This document shows, one piece after another, positions 57,797 to 64,000 of a stretch of 64,000 nt of DNA. The stretch's first letter is position 1, and the number at the start of each line of letters is the position of its first letter. The translations under genes and the position numbers were made by a program. Location: positions 4,352,001 to 4,416,000 of the forward strand of contig CAWIPH010000002.1 of the NCBI GenBank assembly GCA_963837955.1. The letters run 5' to 3'. The stretch comes from an uncultured Verrucomicrobiae bacterium. Lineage in GTDB: Bacteria; Verrucomicrobiota; Verrucomicrobiia; Chthoniobacterales; JAFAMB01. The notes under the pieces were generated by a model. That model was not told where the DNA came from, searched no databases, and saw only the letters and a program-made list of their open reading frames with translations.

Positions 57797-58807
57797 TCAA
57801 GACCTTCGAATTACAATTTCGACCCGTCTATTCAATTGCTGCTGCTCGACCGATCGATCTCCAGGCACAAGTAATCGTGTTTTGCCAAAGCCCTGGGTTT
57901 GAATACGACCTGGATCAATTCCCATGTTTTGTACCAACCAAGCCTTCACTGTTTCGGCTCGGCGCTGGCTCAGATCAAGATTGTATTCATCGCTTCCGAA
58001 AGAGTCGGTATGGCCCTCGACCCGGAAAACCGATTGAGGATTCCGTTGAATCAATCTACCTAATTTTTGCAGGCTCGCAGTCGCTCCCTCGCGTAGATTT
58101 GCCGAATCATAGTCAAACAAGAGGTCGGTCGGCATCAAGATCGGAGCGGTCCCGTTACCGACTCTACCCGAGCCCGAAAGAAGCTCGTCCAGATTGCTAA
58201 AACCCGAAGGAATGCCAGAATTTCCTGAAATCGCTCCATCTCCCGCATCCTGATTGTCCGTTTTGCCCGGATTATTCTTGTTGCCGCTGGAAATTTTCGG
58301 GCGAGTGGAAACGGTCGGCTTGTCGTTCATCAACTGCTGCCGTACGTCACTCAATTCCTTGTCCAAGGCCAACGCGCTCTCCGCTTTGGCTTTCGCCGCA
58401 GCAGTGCGCGACGCTTGGGTATCAACGCTTGGCTTCTCTTTGATATCCGGCACTTCCGGGGTACTCACTTCCGGAGTAGCCCGAAATTCTTTCATGTCGT
58501 CCTCGAACGTTCCATCGAACTGGCTGAGATTCTTCACACTGCCAGGATCAGCGGTCTTGGAACCTGGTGTGTCGCTCGGCTTGCTGTCGGGTTCGAGGAG
58601 CTTTTGATCGACCTGCAGGCGGTTGACATTAAACACCCGGGGCACTAGCCGGGGCTTATCGGACGACGCAAAATTGTCCAACGTTTTCTTACTCAGCCCG
58701 TAGAACAGGCCTCCATGGAGTAACAATGAAACGAGGACCGCCGGAATTAAAAAACGGCGCAGAGATACGGCACTGTCCGAAATAACGTCGTCGGAATAGT
58801 AGGCCAT
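57797..58807 (-). CDS. Membrane-anchored OmpA/MotB C-terminal domain protein
   Basis: N-terminal TM; DLLFDYDSA, VEGHTDSFG, NLDLSQRRA and NRRVEI motifs. Confidence 0.9.
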   Translation of the reverse strand: MAYYSDDVISDSAVSLRRFLIPAVLVSLLLHGGLFYGLSKKTLDNFASSDKPRLVPRVFNVNRLQVDQKLLEPDSKPSDTPGSKTADPGSVKNLSQFDGTFEDDMKEFRATPEVSTPEVPDIKEKPSVDTQASRTAAAKAKAESALALDKELSDVRQQLMNDKPTVSTRPKISSGNKNNPGKTDNQDAGDGAISGNSGIPSGFSNLDELLSGSGRVGNGTAPILMPTDLLFDYDSANLREGATASLQKLGRLIQRNPQSVFRVEGHTDSFGSDEYNLDLSQRRAETVKAWLVQNMGIDPGRIQTQGFGKTRLLVPGDRSVEQQQLNRRVEIVIRRS

Positions 58808-58887
58808 GGTGTTCGGGAATCATACCATGGGATCATTCCGTGCCAAGTAGGAGACCCGTCTTACCATCGGTGAAGCCAAGCCGCTCG

Positions 58888-60588
58888 TCATTCTCTGATC
58901 CGGAATCCGTCACGCAGCGTCGGGCCTCGCTGCTCAAGCTTCCGATCGAGGCGGTCGGGCGGTGTCACCGGTAGTTCCCAATCCCCCGAATCTGAGCCCG
59001 TTGCAGGAACCCAAACGTGAAGGCCGGTATCCGTGCGCCGCAAGGCCATTGGTGGTCCGATCCCGACATAGTTTGGAAACTGGAGCGGCTCAGCGTCTAG
59101 CCGAAGGAATCCAGGGATGATTTCCACCGCCAGAAAGATAGCGACGACCGGGACCACCCATTTCCTGGTAATCTTCGTTTGTTCGGTGGTAACAATCACT
59201 CCCAGATAGAAGAGATCCACTGCAAAGATCCATATCGTAGCCTGGCCAAAGCGCGGACTTGGCGCCGAGAAGAACCAGAACAGTAGCGATAAGACAATCG
59301 GGGAAAAAAGTAAGGTCCACTGAATGAGCCGGGAGCGCGAGTAGCCACGCCGCAGCAGCCAGCCGGAAAATATCAGTCCAATTATCGTCAGGGCTGTGGC
59401 TTTGAGGACAATGGGATAAGTGGGCAACTGCTGGAGCCACGAACCTAGCCAGGACCAGCCGCCTAACACCTCCTGCCATTGCAGATTATAAGGGGCTCTC
59501 GCCCAGCTCATGATCCAGTTTTGCTCTTTGGCAGCGAGCTCGAGCGGGGCTGCCCAGTCAAAACCGAGACGACCGATTGCGGCTGGGAAGAACGGGTAGC
59601 CGCTCGTGATGTATCCTCGAGCGATCCAGGGAAGGCAGAAAATGCAAGTGAGAAAGGAAGGGATGATCAGCTGACGCAATGTCAGCCGCGACCGAATCCA
59701 GCATAGGATCACCACGCCAATGCCTGTCGCTGCAAGAGCTGCATACGATACTTTGAACGACACCGCCATTGTCCCGGCCAGGAAAGCCCAGAATGCTGCG
59801 CTTGCTCCGGCAGATTCTCGATCCAGGACGATATCCCGAAGGTACCAAGCAAACAAAATGGCCGCACTAGCCGCTGCAACATCTGGTTGGGGAGAGGAGA
59901 GACAATTCGAGAATAGTAATGACGTTGGAAAAGGCAGTAGTAGCAGCGCGTAGATCGAACGGGTCGAATAAGTTGTAATTCCCTGGACAAGAACGTTTAA
60001 CGTAACCAGCACAATTGACGAATTAACAAATTCTCGACCTAACCAGAGTCCCCCGGGTGAGCTAAAGAGTGCGGCCAGAGGATCCAGGGCGGAGTTAAAG
60101 CCCAAGCGACCATGCAGATTGGCAAGACCGGGTACCGAACCGAATTCAGCGGCCCAGCGGACCGCTTGCAAGTGATAGCCCGTTACATCATAGCAAGTGA
60201 GCGCGCTCGTAAGCGCATTCCAGGCTGCGATCAGCAAAACCGGAACCATTACGGTCAGCAAGAAAATACTGATCCCGCCCTTGCGTAGAACGTCAATTGC
60301 TGCTCGACGGCGAAGGACCAGGCATAAGAGGGTTGCTGAACAGAGTATTCCATTCGCCCAAGGATACAGTCCTCCAAACAAGCTCCAGGCCTCCGAGAAA
60401 AAGATCGCGACACCTAAGCCGAGCAGGCTGAGGTCCGACCAGCTGAAGGGGCCGGATATCCAACGCGCCAGCCAAGACCAAGCGGCGAGACCAACGAGGA
60501 AAAGCTCGAATTGAAACCCAAGCAAAAATGGCACGCTCTTGAGGAGGTATCGCAGGAGCCAAACGAAATGGACAATTGAACCTAACAT
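58888..60588 (-). CDS. Polytopic membrane protein (LIC_10190-like; possibly a GT-C glycosyltransferase)
   Basis: Many TM segments; YD...YH.QAVRW, PGLANLHGRLGFNS, SGYPFFP and WFFSAPSPRFG motifs. Confidence 0.65.
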   Translation of the reverse strand: MLGSIVHFVWLLRYLLKSVPFLLGFQFELFLVGLAAWSWLARWISGPFSWSDLSLLGLGVAIFFSEAWSLFGGLYPWANGILCSATLLCLVLRRRAAIDVLRKGGISIFLLTVMVPVLLIAAWNALTSALTCYDVTGYHLQAVRWAAEFGSVPGLANLHGRLGFNSALDPLAALFSSPGGLWLGREFVNSSIVLVTLNVLVQGITTYSTRSIYALLLLPFPTSLLFSNCLSSPQPDVAAASAAILFAWYLRDIVLDRESAGASAAFWAFLAGTMAVSFKVSYAALAATGIGVVILCWIRSRLTLRQLIIPSFLTCIFCLPWIARGYITSGYPFFPAAIGRLGFDWAAPLELAAKEQNWIMSWARAPYNLQWQEVLGGWSWLGSWLQQLPTYPIVLKATALTIIGLIFSGWLLRRGYSRSRLIQWTLLFSPIVLSLLFWFFSAPSPRFGQATIWIFAVDLFYLGVIVTTEQTKITRKWVVPVVAIFLAVEIIPGFLRLDAEPLQFPNYVGIGPPMALRRTDTGLHVWVPATGSDSGDWELPVTPPDRLDRKLEQRGPTLRDGFRIRE

Positions 60589-60692
60589 CCTAATTGACGA
60601 TCTCTTACAGGAACTCTGCCGAGCCAGTCAATGCAGCCAAGGTTCTCCTTCCGTTGACGCGACGCCACCTCGTGCCATTGTTCCGATTCGCT

Positions 60693-62057
60693 ATGGCGCA
60701 ACAAAAGTCCGGCTCGGACCGCATGGAAAAGATCGTCAGCCTCTGCAAACGGAGAGGCTTTATCTTCCAGTCGAGCGAAATCTACGGAGGCCTTAACGGC
60801 TGCTGGGATTACGGACCACTGGGAACGGAGCTGAAGAGAAACCTCAAGGACTTCTGGTGGCGCCGGATGGTGAGGGAGCGAGACGATGTCGTTGGCATGG
60901 ACGGTTCGATCCTCATGAATCGAAAGGTCTGGATCGCTAGCGGGCACGAAAATACCTTCACCGATCCGATGGTCGACTGCCGGAATTGTAAATCTCGACT
61001 GCGAGCCGATCAGTTAGCCGAAAAGAATGGTCAGAAGCAGTGTCCGGTTTGCGGCAGCTTGGATTTAACCGAGCCTCGCGCCTTCAACTTGATGTTTAAA
61101 ACTTACGTTGGCGCAACCGAAGATGAATCAGCGATCACTTATCTTCGACCGGAGACAGCCCAAGCTATCTTCGTTCAATTTAGAAACATATTAGAGGTCG
61201 CCCGGAAAAAACTTCCATTCGGAATCGCCCAAATCGGCAAAGCATTCCGCAACGAAATCAATCCACGTAACTTCATATTTCGATCTCGCGAGTTTGAGCA
61301 GATGGAACTGGAATACTTCTGCCGGCCCGAAAATGGCCTGGAGCTGCTGGAGTATTGGCTACAAGAGCGTCTTCGGTTTTATCGCGATATCGGGTTGTCC
61401 TCGGATTCTCTTCACGTCCATAAGATCCCGCCTGAGGAATGTGCGCATTACTCCAAAGGGACCTACGATATCGAGTTCAACTTCCCGTTTGGTATCCAAG
61501 AGTTGGAAGGGGTCGCGTATCGGACCGATTACGATCTTACCCAACATCAACGGGCCAGCGGGAAGCCGTTGGAGTATTTCGACGAAGAATCGAAGCAGCA
61601 TTTCATTCCGCATGTCGTAGAACCGAGCGCGGGCGTTGATCGCACCGCGCTGGCCCTGCTCTGCGCAGCTTATGACGAAGAAGTGGTCTCGGATGAGAAA
61701 GGTAAATCGGAGATCCGTACCGTCCTGCGTTTCCACCCGCGGATGGCTCCAATTAAATGCGGCGTGTTCCCATTGCTCAAAAACAATGAATCCCTGGTGA
61801 AACAGGCCCGCAAAATCGTCGAGCTTCTAAGAGATGACATGATGGTATTTTATGACGAAACCGGCGCGATCGGCCGCCGGTATCGTCGCCAAGACGAAGC
61901 AGGAACACCATTTGGGGTGACAGTAGACTTCGACACGCTTGGAGAAAACGGCCCCGCGCTGCGCGATTCGGTTACCGTGCGACACCGAGACTCCATGGAG
62001 CAGGAGCGAATAGCAATAAAGGAGCTACCCAGTTTTTTAGCTGAACGAATCCGTTGA
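60693..62057 (+). CDS. glyS: Glycine--tRNA ligase (alpha2, class II)
   Basis: SLCKRRGFIF, YLRPETAQ, GKAFRNEI.PRNFIFRSREFEQME and IGRRYRRQDE motifs. Confidence 0.96.
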   Translation: MAQQKSGSDRMEKIVSLCKRRGFIFQSSEIYGGLNGCWDYGPLGTELKRNLKDFWWRRMVRERDDVVGMDGSILMNRKVWIASGHENTFTDPMVDCRNCKSRLRADQLAEKNGQKQCPVCGSLDLTEPRAFNLMFKTYVGATEDESAITYLRPETAQAIFVQFRNILEVARKKLPFGIAQIGKAFRNEINPRNFIFRSREFEQMELEYFCRPENGLELLEYWLQERLRFYRDIGLSSDSLHVHKIPPEECAHYSKGTYDIEFNFPFGIQELEGVAYRTDYDLTQHQRASGKPLEYFDEESKQHFIPHVVEPSAGVDRTALALLCAAYDEEVVSDEKGKSEIRTVLRFHPRMAPIKCGVFPLLKNNESLVKQARKIVELLRDDMMVFYDETGAIGRRYRRQDEAGTPFGVTVDFDTLGENGPALRDSVTVRHRDSMEQERIAIKELPSFLAERIR

Positions 62058-62134
62058 TCTAATGTCGTACTATCAGCCGATGTACCTGGCCACCGACGAA
62101 TGGTGATCGACTCAACTCGGGCCAATCCCGAGCA

Positions 62135-62914
62135 TTGCAAATAACTGGCGAATCGGTTGTTATAACTGAAATCATGTCGAGTGACCGCAGGCCATCCGGA
62201 AGGAGAATTTTGAATACCGGATTGCAGAATTATCCCGGACCGGGAAAAACGCCGCGAGGAGTCTGGGTCATTGTCGGGTTGGGGATACTCTTTGCCCTCG
62301 GCGCACTCGGGATAGGCGCTTTTATCGCGTTCAAGGCCTTAAAGGAAAAGAGCGAAAACGCGCAGACTTCAGGTAGCCCATCGGCATCGGTCAAAGGCTC
62401 ACCGGTCGCAGAAGCCTCTCCTGTGCCATCGGGATCGCCTGAGGCGGTCACGTCAGATGCGAAGGAACAGGATGAGATGCGTAAAGAGGTGTTGACTCGA
62501 ATTGATGTGATGAAAAATCTTTCCCAGAAGGAAAAAGATGAGCTGTACGCTCAGGTAGAGCGCGCTCGCAGTTTCTCCAAAATCGCCGTGATCCCTTTCG
62601 GCACGGCCAAAGTTACGCCGACCAGTTCGCAGATTGATGATCTGGTTAAGCGATTACAGGAATCCGACAACAAAACACTCGTGGATGATCCCACGGTCGT
62701 TCTCTTCTTTGTTGGATTCGCCGATAAACAGGGCGATGAATCGAAGAACCAAGAAATTTCGCGGACTCGGGCCGAGGCCGTGGAGAAAGCGCTCTCCGCT
62801 CGCGCGAAAATCAACAACATCACCCATTCCGTCGGGATGGGAGGGCAAGATTTATTCGATAAGGCTAACCTGGTAAAGAACCGCCTGGTGGAAGTTTGGG
62901 CTGTTCAACCATAA
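62135..62914 (+). CDS. Membrane-anchored OmpA-like domain protein
   Basis: One TM, Ser/Pro linker, GFADKQGD..N..ISR.RA and NRLVEVW motifs; start may be 62174. Confidence 0.75.
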   Translation: MQITGESVVITEIMSSDRRPSGRRILNTGLQNYPGPGKTPRGVWVIVGLGILFALGALGIGAFIAFKALKEKSENAQTSGSPSASVKGSPVAEASPVPSGSPEAVTSDAKEQDEMRKEVLTRIDVMKNLSQKEKDELYAQVERARSFSKIAVIPFGTAKVTPTSSQIDDLVKRLQESDNKTLVDDPTVVLFFVGFADKQGDESKNQEISRTRAEAVEKALSARAKINNITHSVGMGGQDLFDKANLVKNRLVEVWAVQP

Positions 62915-63118
62915 GCGGTCTTCCCGAGCTCCCATATCCAAGTAGCTCGGCGGAAAAAACCTGATAGCCGAAATCTGGCTCGCGGCGCCGTGATAACATT
63001 GCTTTTCCCGGATCGGTCCGTCGCAGATATTTTGCAATCCCGGGAACCCCGATCTCTCAATGATGAGAGTTTTCGGCGGCCAAGTACAATGAGTCCGCGA
63101 CCGTAGACTCAAAAAAAT

Positions 63119-64000
63119 TTACGCCGGCGGATTGCCGCGTTGCGCTTGCAGAGTATAAGACGGGCTGGAAGGGCGAAGCGTCTTCCATATTGCCATAACG
63201 CGATCAACGTTTCGCTGGATCCGTCGTAAATACGGATTCGATCCGTCTCCAATTTCCAACCATCGATATACGCCTCCCCATTCGTTATCGAGGGTCTTTA
63301 ATACGTATTCGGAATAAAATTTCTCGGTTCCAGACAACAATTCCAAGAGACTCTGGCAAGCCGCCGGGCCGCTCTGCTCTAGATGTGAAAAAAGGGCGGC
63401 TTCTCGCAATTCCAGGTACAGAGCGGGAAGCCTTTCCGGATAGTCGTCTGCGGCCATTTGTCCAAGCATGTCACCGGTCGCTACCAAGGCACCGATTAGC
63501 CACTCCGACCGGGAACGAAATCCGATCTGACTCATTTTAGCGCCGATTGCGGTTGCGCAGATTGCTCGTTGGACAAGGAGCAACTCGCCGCTGCTAAAGC
63601 CGAACGACGGCAAAAGGTCCCAAGCCAAGAAACAGCTTCGACCGACATGAATACTGGTATGTTTGGCCCCTGAGCCTTCCAGGTCATTACGACGTTTGAG
63701 ATAGCCTGCGTCGTGCAATAAAATGGACGCTATCGTGACCTCCCATTCGCGATCGCTGAACCGAGTCTCCGTCAACAGTTGATCGTGCGCTCCCAAAAGC
63801 CGAACTACTACTTCCGTAGCCTGCATGGTGTGATCAAAATCATGGAATGCTGTATCGCACGGTTCCAGTTCTGAGTTCGCCCCATGAAAGAGGTCAAAAG
63901 TGAAGTCAACTAGCCGGCAAGCTATCTCAGCGAGCCGCGCTCTCTCCCCCACGCAAAAGCTTCGGACGCTGTTGAGCGTTAGATAATAACTCCGGGGGTG
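63119..64000 (-). CDS. HD-domain metal-dependent phosphohydrolase; 5' end probably beyond the window
   Basis: FHDFDHT, LLHDAGY and GDMLGQMA motifs; the frame stays open from 63952 to the window edge. Confidence 0.8.
   Translation of the reverse strand, partial: HPRSYYLTLNSVRSFCVGERARLAEIACRLVDFTFDLFHGANSELEPCDTAFHDFDHTMQATEVVVRLLGAHDQLLTETRFSDREWEVTIASILLHDAGYLKRRNDLEGSGAKHTSIHVGRSCFLAWDLLPSFGFSSGELLLVQRAICATAIGAKMSQIGFRSRSEWLIGALVATGDMLGQMAADDYPERLPALYLELREAALFSHLEQSGPAACQSLLELLSGTEKFYSEYVLKTLDNEWGGVYRWLEIGDGSNPYLRRIQRNVDRVMAIWKTLRPSSPSYTLQAQRGNPPA

Noticed and set aside
60693..62057. Alpha2-type GlyRS as a transfer from eukaryotes
   Set aside because: This type is normal in many bacterial phyla.

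Overview
A 64-kb stretch of bacterial chromosome, probably a soil Verrucomicrobiota (Chthoniobacterales-like) organism; this is inferred from gene content and style, not from a marker gene. In order it holds: an RND efflux pump (partial permease plus membrane-fusion protein), a large secreted protein, a stand-alone diadenylate-cyclase (DAC/DisA_N-type) protein, an alpha/beta hydrolase and a DUF4239-like membrane protein; a polyol (probably erythritol/threitol) ABC uptake and catabolism operon with a SorC-type regulator; a copper locus (CXXC/Pro-rich leader ORF, outer-membrane protein, copC, copD); cupin and LLM oxidoreductase genes; a GxxExxY nuclease-fold gene bracketed by 45-bp inverted repeats; a STAND-type ATPase-TPR protein with 126-bp DNA repeats; nudK, a DUF4406-like gene and lysR; two TonB-dependent receptors; a pair of small paralogous exported proteins; tRNA-His with three dispersed copies of a palindromic element downstream; a CheW-less CheA-like sensor kinase with CheY and CheX; phoBR-like genes; iscA-hscB-hscA; MATE; two OmpA-domain proteins; glyS; and an HD-domain protein. 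At least four families of short intergenic repeats occur. The best candidate for an undescribed system is the GxxExxY gene with its own inverted-repeat family, which resembles a RAYT/REP-type unit built on a PD-(D/E)XK nuclease. No CRISPR array, rRNA, integrase or transposase was seen. All family assignments come from motif recognition by eye; no searches were run.
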